From: a virus
Lineage: Duplodnaviria > Caudoviricetes
DNA: 35,140 nucleotides
Direction: 5' to 3' (one strand)
IMG/VR virus record: IMGVR_UViG_3300023269_000003
Coordinates: 1-35,140 of that record
Part shown: piece after piece, positions 8,054 through 14,299 of the stretch
How the letters are laid out: each line of letters starts with the position of its first letter
How positions within the stretch are numbered: the first letter of the stretch is position 1
Notes under the pieces: model-generated
What the model was told of the DNA's origin: nothing
What the model saw: the letters and a program-made list of their open reading frames with translations, nothing else
The model's database searches: none
Position numbers and translations under genes: made by a program

Positions 8054-8841
8054 TGCCAAACGCACTTCATGAGGCCTGGGAACTCCTGGCAAACGTCTCC
8101 GAGGGGGACTGGTCTCTCCAGTCCCCCTCTTGGCAGGCGGATACCGAAGACTGGAGGAACCGCTACATGGGTTCCGAGAAGCACTCAGGAGAGGTTGGTT
8201 TCATCAAGTGGCCTTCTACTCCGCGCTGGCACAAGGGTCTGACCATCACGGAGAAGATCGATGGGACCAACGCGTGCATCCGAATCCTTGACGGGAAGGT
8301 CACGGCACAGTCTCGCAAGCGATTGATTCGTGTGGGCGACGACAACTTCGGTTTCGCTGCCTGGGTTGAGGAGAACAAGGATGAGCTGACCAAGCTGCTT
8401 GGTTATGGTGTTCACTTCGGTGAGTGGTTCGGTGAGGGAATCCAGAAGAACCCTCTGGGTATCGAAGGGAAGCGCTTCGCGCTGTTCTCTCCGTGGAAGT
8501 TCCAGGGCACCCAGAAGCTTGACATCGAAGAATCCGATCTTGTGGAGTTCGTTCCGGTCCTCTTCGAGGGTCAGGCCGACTTCATGACTATTCCCACTGT
8601 GCTCACGAACCTGGGACACTTTGGTAGTCGGGTTGCGGGAGCAGCACGGTATGTCCCTGAATCGTTTGATGGTCCGGTTGGCGACTTCACTGTTGCCAAC
8701 AAGGCTGAGGGCATCATCGTGTGGCACCGTGAGACCCAGCAGAAGTACAAGATCCTGCTGGAGAATGACGCTATCCACAAGGGGCAGGTACCTCAGATTG
8801 ACTTCGAGGGGTTGTCCAAGGAGCCCAGGGGATTCGCGTGA
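8053..8841 (+). CDS. RNA ligase (Rnl2-like nucleotidyltransferase)
   Basis: motif I EKIDGTN, QSR, FGEW.G.GIQ, F.LF, EGII, K.L; alternative start ATG 8167. Confidence 0.85.
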   Translation: MPNALHEAWELLANVSEGDWSLQSPSWQADTEDWRNRYMGSEKHSGEVGFIKWPSTPRWHKGLTITEKIDGTNACIRILDGKVTAQSRKRLIRVGDDNFGFAAWVEENKDELTKLLGYGVHFGEWFGEGIQKNPLGIEGKRFALFSPWKFQGTQKLDIEESDLVEFVPVLFEGQADFMTIPTVLTNLGHFGSRVAGAARYVPESFDGPVGDFTVANKAEGIIVWHRETQQKYKILLENDAIHKGQVPQIDFEGLSKEPRGFA

Positions 8842-8990
8842 AGTTGGACGGGGAGGGGAGTCTGTTCTTCAGGCTCCCCCGCTCGGCTCGAATCCTGATG
8901 GATAGCTGGGCAGAAGCAACGATCGTGATGACCGAAGAGCAAGCCTGTGAACTCAGGGACGAACTGATTCGACACCTAGGAGACGCATGA
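8838..8990 (+). CDS. hypothetical protein (50 aa)
   Basis: GTGA overlap at start, ATGA overlap at end; MTEEQACELRDEL helix. Confidence 0.55.
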   Translation: MKLDGEGSLFFRLPRSARILMDSWAEATIVMTEEQACELRDELIRHLGDA

Positions 8991-9262
8991 ACGTCAATGT
9001 AACCACCAGCGGAGGACGATCTCAGATCGCAGTAGGGAGCAGCAACGTGGTTCAGAGCATGTTGGGCACAGGAAACGTAACCGACGAGGATCTGAAGGGG
9101 TACATCGAGTTCCTTTACGAGGAAGAGACTGTCGATGTGGAGAACTCCACGGTTTGGGAAGCGGCTGAGTCGTTCTTTGGCCACGACCTGAACCAGGCAC
9201 AGCTTGACCGGGTCTTCGCGCTTATGCGTGACGCCAAGGTTGAGGTGAACGTGAAGTGGTAG
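8987..9262 (+). CDS. hypothetical protein
   Basis: AGGAG RBS, coupled. Confidence 0.75.
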   Translation: MNVNVTTSGGRSQIAVGSSNVVQSMLGTGNVTDEDLKGYIEFLYEEETVDVENSTVWEAAESFFGHDLNQAQLDRVFALMRDAKVEVNVKW

Positions 9263-9444
9263 TCACCGAACGGGAAGAGATCGTGGTCTATTTCGAGAAA
9301 CCACGACGCTGGCAGGGAGTTCTCAATCTCCCTGTCGGGTTTTCCGAGATGGAATACGACGAGCAAAATGAAATCATCCAGGCGTTGATGGACACGAGGC
9401 TGTTGCCTCCTGCCATTGACTACTGGGACTACGCGGGGAGTTAG
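9256..9444 (+). CDS. hypothetical protein
   Basis: GAGGTG RBS, GTG start. Confidence 0.65.
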   Translation: MVVTEREEIVVYFEKPRRWQGVLNLPVGFSEMEYDEQNEIIQALMDTRLLPPAIDYWDYAGS

Positions 9445-9454
9445 ATTGAAGAAC

Positions 9455-9523
9455 ATGAGACCTCTTGTTGCTGTTGTGGTTCTTTCTGCCATCCTTGCTG
9501 TGTCGCTGGTGTGGATGCACTAG
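9455..9523 (+). CDS. 22-aa single-TM micropeptide MRPLVAVVVLSAILAVSLVWMH
   Basis: Fills the gap; TAGTG overlap with the methyltransferase start. Confidence 0.5.
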   Translation: MRPLVAVVVLSAILAVSLVWMH

Positions 9524-10050
9524 TGCCATACAGTGACCAGGAGGGAAAGGACTACTCCCGGATGAAGATCCGGGATGCCAATCCAGTCTGGGTGTGGGAC
9601 ATCGGGCCGGGTGCGGGAACGTACTCGGACCTGATGTTCGATATGCACGCTTCCTACCGCACATGGACTGCGGTAGAAATCTGGGAGCCCTACGTCGAGA
9701 GGTTCAATCTCCGAGACAAGTACGATGAGGTAATCATCGGTAACGTCATGGACATCGAACTTCCCGACCACACCACAGAGGATGGTCTGGTAATCCTGGG
9801 GGATGTTCTCGAACACCTCATGGAAGATCAGGCTCGTGAGCTTATCGTTCGATGCAAGAACAGTTTCAGGTACATGCTGGTGTCCCTTCCTATCATCCAT
9901 GCCCCTCAGGGCACGGTGTACGGTAATCCCTACGAGGCACATCTGAAGCACTGGACCTTTGACGAAATGCACGCTGCTATGGGGCACTGCGAGGCCTTGA
10001 AGGGTCACACCCTTGGCGTCTACTGGTGGGACAGGGAGATCAATGGCTAG
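9523..10050 (+). CDS. class I SAM-dependent methyltransferase
   Basis: DIGPGAG, AVEIW, GDVLEH motifs. Confidence 0.85.
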   Translation: MPYSDQEGKDYSRMKIRDANPVWVWDIGPGAGTYSDLMFDMHASYRTWTAVEIWEPYVERFNLRDKYDEVIIGNVMDIELPDHTTEDGLVILGDVLEHLMEDQARELIVRCKNSFRYMLVSLPIIHAPQGTVYGNPYEAHLKHWTFDEMHAAMGHCEALKGHTLGVYWWDREING

Positions 10051-10192
10051 GGGAAATCCGGTTGGTGATTTCAACACCTCCGGCCAAGGTAAGTGCTGGT
10101 TTTGTGGTGGCTATTTCCCGGAAGCGTGGCTAGCAAACCACGCGGCTGGGTGCGACAAGAATCCAGACAACCAGGAAGAAGAGAATGAGTAA
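10043..10192 (+). CDS. 49-aa C2HC zinc-finger microprotein
   Basis: GGGAG RBS; CWFC-x11-H-x3-C; acidic tail. Confidence 0.65.
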   Translation: MARGNPVGDFNTSGQGKCWFCGGYFPEAWLANHAAGCDKNPDNQEEENE

Positions 10193-10201
10193 GGTAAGCG
10201 C

Positions 10202-10429
10202 TTGTTAAGCTACATCCTGGGCATATCCGGGGCTGTCAGCTTCCTGCTGGTGCTGAAGAACAACGTTACAGGCCTGTGGTTGGGACTTGGGAACCAGTTC
10301 GTCTGGACTTTCTATGCTCTGACCACAGGCCAGTATGGTTTCCTCTTCAGCGTAGCCCTGTTCGGCCCTATCAACATGTATGGGCTTATCCAGCACTTCA
10401 AAAAGAAGGGGGATAGTAACGATGAGTGA
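10202..10429 (+). CDS. small membrane protein, PnuC-like
   Basis: About three hydrophobic segments, W.LG..NQ..W..Y pattern. Confidence 0.6.
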   Translation: MLSYILGISGAVSFLLVLKNNVTGLWLGLGNQFVWTFYALTTGQYGFLFSVALFGPINMYGLIQHFKKKGDSNDE

Positions 10430-10661
10430 CGAACTAATGTTCGAGCGGTACGACGATAACACCGTGGTCATCAAAGGTCCCGTACCTCAGTTCACTAGAA
10501 TGACGTGGGAATTCATCCAGGCTTCTGACCCCCAATATGTCAAGTTCCACGGGGAGCACGTTATCTTCCTGGACAAGGTCACCTATCGCATAACCGGGGT
10601 TGATGACACTGGTTGTGTACTCCTAGAGTTGTTGGAGGATGGTTTCAGTGACTCTCGATGA
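10422..10661 (+). CDS. hypothetical protein
   Basis: AAGGGGG RBS, ATG 10422. Confidence 0.7.
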   Translation: MSDELMFERYDDNTVVIKGPVPQFTRMTWEFIQASDPQYVKFHGEHVIFLDKVTYRITGVDDTGCVLLELLEDGFSDSR

Positions 10662-10818
10662 TCTAGCAGACGAGATTGCCAAGTTGATGGCCCTCGCCAG
10701 GTGTGGGTGTTCTGTCTATATGGACGGTAAACACTTGCCAACCCAGAAGGAACGTGTGGAAGCTATGTACTTGGCCCACACCTTCTACCAGCACCACCCA
10801 GAATTGGAATTCACGTGA
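10648..10818 (+). CDS. hypothetical protein (56 aa)
   Basis: GGAGG RBS, GTG 10648. Confidence 0.6.
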   Translation: MTLDDLADEIAKLMALARCGCSVYMDGKHLPTQKERVEAMYLAHTFYQHHPELEFT

Positions 10819-10904
10819 TTAAGTGGATGTACGACTGCCCTGATTGCGGGGCGTTCAGGGGCACCGGTCCTTGTCCTAACGGCTGCGACGCGAAGAAGGA
10901 CTGA
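10815..10904 (+). CDS. 29-aa Cys4 microprotein MIKWMYDCPDCGAFRGTGPCPNGCDAKKD
   Basis: GTGA coupling; fills the gap. Confidence 0.55.
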   Translation: MIKWMYDCPDCGAFRGTGPCPNGCDAKKD

Positions 10905-10905
10905 T

Positions 10906-11403
10906 ATGCGATACTGGTATGACACCGAGTTCTACGAGGATGGCGAGAAGATCAACCTGATCTCCTTCGGTATCGTGGCCGAAGATGGTCGCGAACTATA
11001 CTTGGAGAACGCCAACTTTAATTGGGGCATCGTCCCAGACGACCATTGGATCTGGGAGAACGTGTACCCGCACCTCACCCATCAGCGCACCCTGAAGAAC
11101 CAGATGGCCAACAAGATTCGCAAGTTCATCACGATGGACGGTACGGAGTTCGACAATCAGCTCTGGGGCTACTACAGCTCGTACGATCATGTCGTTCTGG
11201 CCCAGCTCTTCGGGCGAATGGTTGACATGCCGGTCGGAGTTCCGTGGTACACCAACGATGTCAAGCAACTCATGGTGTCGATGGGTGTCAAGGAGCTACC
11301 ACTTCAGGATGAGGTACACCACCACGCCTTGTCTGACGCGAGGTGGACCCGTAAGGCCTACATGTACTTGGCTGACATGTGGGCAAGCGAAAACGACTTC
11401 TAG
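10906..11403 (+). CDS. DEDDh 3'-5' exoribonuclease (Rv2179c/RNase AS-like)
   Basis: YDTEF.EDG..I.LISFGIVAEDGRE.Y, W.YY..YDHV, HHAL.DARW. Confidence 0.88.
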   Translation: MRYWYDTEFYEDGEKINLISFGIVAEDGRELYLENANFNWGIVPDDHWIWENVYPHLTHQRTLKNQMANKIRKFITMDGTEFDNQLWGYYSSYDHVVLAQLFGRMVDMPVGVPWYTNDVKQLMVSMGVKELPLQDEVHHHALSDARWTRKAYMYLADMWASENDF

Positions 11404-11411
11404 GAGGAACC

Positions 11412-11666
11412 ATGAATAAGGCTCTCAGCGCCTCTGTGGCGCTCGTACTAGCCCTGGGGATGGTAGCCTGTGGGGCTGCCCCCATCAGGGGCTCACAGCC
11501 CTTCTCAGGGCGTCCTGACACGGTGCTGGACAAGTTCCGCACCCCGGACAACCGGTCCGATGTCATTCTGTTCTGTCGGAACGGGGACTACTACGTCTAC
11601 ATGGACGGTTCCAGGTCTGGTTCGCTGAACCAGTACCGCAACGACGAAAGGTGTGTTGGCAAGTGA
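11412..11666 (+). CDS. lipoprotein
   Basis: AGGAGG RBS; signal peptide with lipobox MVAC. Confidence 0.75.
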   Translation: MNKALSASVALVLALGMVACGAAPIRGSQPFSGRPDTVLDKFRTPDNRSDVILFCRNGDYYVYMDGSRSGSLNQYRNDERCVGK

Positions 11667-11764
11667 GTTGGACCTGTTTCATTTGTGGTGCTTCGATCAC
11701 AACCGACAATGCTGTGCTGTTCTCCAAGCTGGTAGACGCACACCAGAGCAGGTGTAAAGATTGA
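11663..11764 (+). CDS. 33-aa zinc-finger microprotein MSWTCFICG...DAHQSRCKD
   Basis: GTGA coupling; paralog of the next ORF. Confidence 0.65.
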   Translation: MSWTCFICGASITTDNAVLFSKLVDAHQSRCKD

Positions 11765-11868
11765 CCTGGACTTGTGTATGTGGCTACAGCGTGACCAACG
11801 ATGACACCTCGGTTGTGTCCAAGGCAATGGATGCGCATGTAAGGACGTGCATCATGCTCCAGACCTAA
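11761..11868 (+). CDS. 35-aa zinc-finger microprotein MTWTCVCG...DAHVRTC
   Basis: TTGA coupling; paralog of the previous ORF. Confidence 0.65.
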   Translation: MTWTCVCGYSVTNDDTSVVSKAMDAHVRTCIMLQT

Positions 11869-11878
11869 GGATGGTGAC

Positions 11879-12037
11879 ATGAGCCCGTGGCCTCAACCCA
11901 CTGAAGATGGGGCGATGTGTGGGATCTGTCTTTACTGGTTTCATATCGACCTGTTAGCAACCGATCCAGAAGACGGCCGGAAGGTGGATGTTTGTGTCGC
12001 CTGCTGGCAGTGGGAGCAAGAGGAAATGAAGAAGTGA
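11879..12037 (+). CDS. 52-aa CxxC...CxxC protein
   Basis: AAGGA/GGTGA RBS; CGIC...CVAC. Confidence 0.65.
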   Translation: MSPWPQPTEDGAMCGICLYWFHIDLLATDPEDGRKVDVCVACWQWEQEEMKK

Positions 12038-12150
12038 GTGAGTGGATCTGTGACCGGTGCGGAGGACGCGATGCGGCCTCCTGCCCGGAGACCTGTACCG
12101 GAAGAGGGTGGGGAGAAAATGGGTGCCAACTGGTGCTACGTATGTGGTAA
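12034..12150 (+). CDS. 38-aa Cys-rich microprotein MSEWICDRCGG...
   Basis: GTGA coupling, GAGGA upstream. Confidence 0.55.
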   Translation: MSEWICDRCGGRDAASCPETCTGRGWGENGCQLVLRMW

Positions 12151-12184
12151 GTTCAAGGGATACGGAGGCTGCACGCATGGGTGA
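12119..12184 (+). CDS. 21-aa microprotein MGANWCYVCGKFKGYGGCTHG
   Basis: GGGGAG RBS; CxxC-x8-CxH; overlaps the previous ORF by 32 nt. Confidence 0.45.
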   Translation: MGANWCYVCGKFKGYGGCTHG

Positions 12185-12260
12185 CCCCGAGGACTTAACC
12201 GATGAACTGTTAGATCGACTGGAAGAGACTGTTGAACGACTCCTAGGAGAAGGACGATGA
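12177..12260 (+). CDS. 27-aa acidic microprotein MGDPEDLTDELLDRLEE...
   Basis: GGAGG RBS; ATGA coupling to next. Confidence 0.65.
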   Translation: MGDPEDLTDELLDRLEETVERLLGEGR

Positions 12261-12364
12261 CCGATCCCAACGGTAACGCACTGAGCGAGGAAGAGCAGCA
12301 AGCAATCCGAGACGCTATCGGTGACGAAGCAGCAGACAAGTACATCTGGAGTGAAGATGACTGA
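12257..12364 (+). CDS. 35-aa acidic microprotein MTDPNGNALSEEEQQ...
   Basis: AGGAG RBS, ATGA coupling. Confidence 0.65.
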   Translation: MTDPNGNALSEEEQQAIRDAIGDEAADKYIWSEDD

Positions 12365-12437
12365 CCCGAAGAAGGACGACAAGCAGGACGATGACGAAGA
12401 TGACATCAAGGAAGGCGTCCAGTGGGGTTGGGCATGA
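12357..12437 (+). CDS. 26-aa acidic microprotein MTDPKKDDKQDDDEDDIKEGVQWGWA
   Basis: GGAG RBS, 8-nt overlap. Confidence 0.6.
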   Translation: MTDPKKDDKQDDDEDDIKEGVQWGWA

Positions 12438-12526
12438 CCAATCCTGACGACGAGCGCTTACAGGAGTTCATCCGTGAACTCGACGAGCAGGTTCCTAGAT
12501 ACCCAGAGACAGACGAAGACGACTGA
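12434..12526 (+). CDS. 30-aa acidic microprotein MTNPDDERLQEFIRELDE...
   Basis: ATGA coupling. Confidence 0.6.
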   Translation: MTNPDDERLQEFIRELDEQVPRYPETDEDD

Positions 12527-12609
12527 TGTGTAGACACTGCGAGCAACGCTCCGCAGACGAAACCCTAGACCAGATATTCGATGAGCAGGAGGAAGCAAGT
12601 GGCGGGTAA
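12526..12609 (+). CDS. 27-aa microprotein MCRHCEQRSADETLDQIFDEQEEASGG
   Basis: TGATG coupling. Confidence 0.55.
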   Translation: MCRHCEQRSADETLDQIFDEQEEASGG

Positions 12610-12709
12610 GCACAGAGCAAACGGTGAGGGCGAGTTCTCCGATGAGGAGCTGGACAGGCTCTGGAAGGACATGGAAGATAACGCTGAGGAAGACCCCGAG
12701 GACGACTAA
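12599..12709 (+). CDS. 36-aa acidic microprotein MAGKHRANGEGEFSDEELDRLW...
   Basis: AGGAGG RBS, GTG start. Confidence 0.65.
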   Translation: MAGKHRANGEGEFSDEELDRLWKDMEDNAEEDPEDD

Positions 12710-12849
12710 TGACGATGCACCCCTGCCCCGGATGCAACGCATCTGGTATGCAAGGTGACTACGTCTGCTCAGATTGTGGTGGTGAACGGTACTTCTTCTC
12801 TCCGTACAGTGCACCACCAGACAACGGAGACGACGATGACGACGATTAG
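12709..12849 (+). CDS. 46-aa CxxC...CxxC microprotein with poly-Asp tail
   Basis: TAATG coupling, GAGG RBS; CPGC...CSDC. Confidence 0.65.
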   Translation: MTMHPCPGCNASGMQGDYVCSDCGGERYFFSPYSAPPDNGDDDDDD

Positions 12850-13060
12850 GAAGCAGGTGGGAGGAACACACTACAACTCCCACCGGTTCATGCCTTTCGA
12901 CATCATCGACGAGTACGGCCTTGACTTCTATGAGGGCAACGCCGTGAAGTACCTCCTCCGCAAGAGGAAGGGTAGCGTCGAAGACCGAAAGGTAGACCTG
13001 GAGAAGGCCATCCACTACATAGAAGAGGTGATCAAACGCCTTGAGCAACCCGACCAGTGA
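12836..13060 (+). CDS. DUF3310 (T7 gp1.7-like putative nucleotide kinase)
   Basis: QVGG.HY, GNAVKYL.R, DL.KA.HY motifs. Confidence 0.85.
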   Translation: MTTIRKQVGGTHYNSHRFMPFDIIDEYGLDFYEGNAVKYLLRKRKGSVEDRKVDLEKAIHYIEEVIKRLEQPDQ

Positions 13061-13133
13061 AGGGGACCAGGAAGACGACCTGGACCTTAAGGACTATATC
13101 GACGTCCTGAACGGTGAGTTCTTCATCGAGTAG
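13041..13133 (+). CDS. 30-aa acidic microprotein MSNPTSEGDQEDDLDL...
   Basis: GAGGTG upstream of TTG; ends just before the terminator. Confidence 0.45.
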   Translation: MSNPTSEGDQEDDLDLKDYIDVLNGEFFIE

Positions 13134-13140
13134 CACAAAC

Positions 13141-13179
13141 AAGAAAAGCCCCCTCCCAATTTGGGAGGGGGCTCTTTTT
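13141..13179. terminator. bidirectional intrinsic terminator between convergent arms
   Basis: aagaaaa-gccccctccc-aattt-gggagggggc-tcttttt. Confidence 0.9.
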
Positions 13180-13190
13180 GCGTTTCTAGG

Positions 13191-13409
13191 TTACTTCACT
13201 ACCGATGGGCTCTGGGGAGCGCCAACATTCTTCAGGGCCAGACCCTTCAGCACGACCAGAACGGCACCACCAAGGCCAACCCCTAGGGCTGCCTTCCAGT
13301 CCGTCTCAATCACGTTGAAGAACTCCATACCCAAAACCGACAGTGCACCAGCACTGAAGCCCTGTACCGTCTCTTCGGCAAGGGCCTTCCAATAGGCTGC
13401 GGTCCACAT
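13191..13409 (-). CDS. holin (r1t-like)
   Basis: MWT..YWKA.AE..V..F, DW..ALG; two TM segments. Confidence 0.75.
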   Translation of the reverse strand: MWTAAYWKALAEETVQGFSAGALSVLGMEFFNVIETDWKAALGVGLGGAVLVVLKGLALKNVGAPQSPSVVK

Positions 13410-13422
13410 AATTCCTACTTTC

Positions 13423-13713
13423 CTAGTTGGTCAGCAACAGGGCAACTGTGACACCCACAACCACCGGGAACACAAGGGCGGTCATAATTGCCCAAAATGC
13501 CTGCCTGGAGGCTGTTACCCTACTGAGTCGTTCAGCTTCGAACTTTACTTCCAACGCCGTCAAGTCGTTGCGCAGGTCTGCAATCTGGTGCGCATGGGTC
13601 GAAGATTCGACGTCGTGTCTGTTGATGTAGTCCCCGAGTTTGTCACCCAAGGACCTGATCTCGGTATACAGTTCTGTCATTCCGATGGAATGCACATTAC
13701 CATCCTCCGTCAT
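13423..13713 (-). CDS. membrane protein (coiled coil + C-terminal TM), possible lysis accessory
   Basis: GGAGG RBS before ATG 13713; C-terminal hydrophobic helix. Confidence 0.7.
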   Translation of the reverse strand: MTEDGNVHSIGMTELYTEIRSLGDKLGDYINRHDVESSTHAHQIADLRNDLTALEVKFEAERLSRVTASRQAFWAIMTALVFPVVVGVTVALLLTN

Positions 13714-13726
13714 TAGGCCCTCCGGT

Positions 13727-14299
13727 TTATGTAGCACCCAGGTATTCAACCAGCATGAAACTATGCTGGTCCGTGGTGTTGGAGAACGTGGTCAGGTTAC
13801 CGCCCGTGTTCTGGTTACACCAGAGTGAAATGTGGTCGGTCGTACCATTCACCAGGATGGTAGCCGTGGAGATGGACGACAAAGCCACAAAGCCGGACGA
13901 GTAGAGCTGCTTGTCCTGGTAGGTGGACGAACCAACCACCAGCGCATTGTTCTTTCGGAACTGGCCAAGGAACTGACCCGTACCAGCAGCCGGGAAGCAG
14001 ATGCCGCCCGTGCATCGGTATCGACCAGCAACCGTAGGCGTGATCCGACTCGCGTTGGACACGTTGGAATGCCAGTTCAGTGGATCTACCACTTCGGCAT
14101 CGAAGTTGATGGCCGTAGGGGTAAGACTGGCGATGGTTTGTACACCAAAGCTGGTCTGGTAAACATGGCAGTAGGCCTGGTTGCCTACAACCGCGTTCAT
14201 TCGAGCATCAAGGTCCAGGATGTTGCTGACAACCTTGTTGTATTCGCTAGAAGAAGCTACCTGACCTGTTACGGCCGGTGCCATAGCTACGAAAGCCAT
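13727..14299 (-). CDS. minor tail / receptor-binding protein (C1q-like beta domain)
   Basis: TAATG coupling; F...DP...SRIT....GRY pattern; end of tail module. Confidence 0.65.
   Translation of the reverse strand: MAFVAMAPAVTGQVASSSEYNKVVSNILDLDARMNAVVGNQAYCHVYQTSFGVQTIASLTPTAINFDAEVVDPLNWHSNVSNASRITPTVAGRYRCTGGICFPAAGTGQFLGQFRKNNALVVGSSTYQDKQLYSSGFVALSSISTATILVNGTTDHISLWCNQNTGGNLTTFSNTTDQHSFMLVEYLGAT

Noticed and set aside
8855-8880. GC-rich hairpin after the RNA ligase as a terminator
   Set aside because: No U tract, and it lies inside the coupled ORF 8838-8990.
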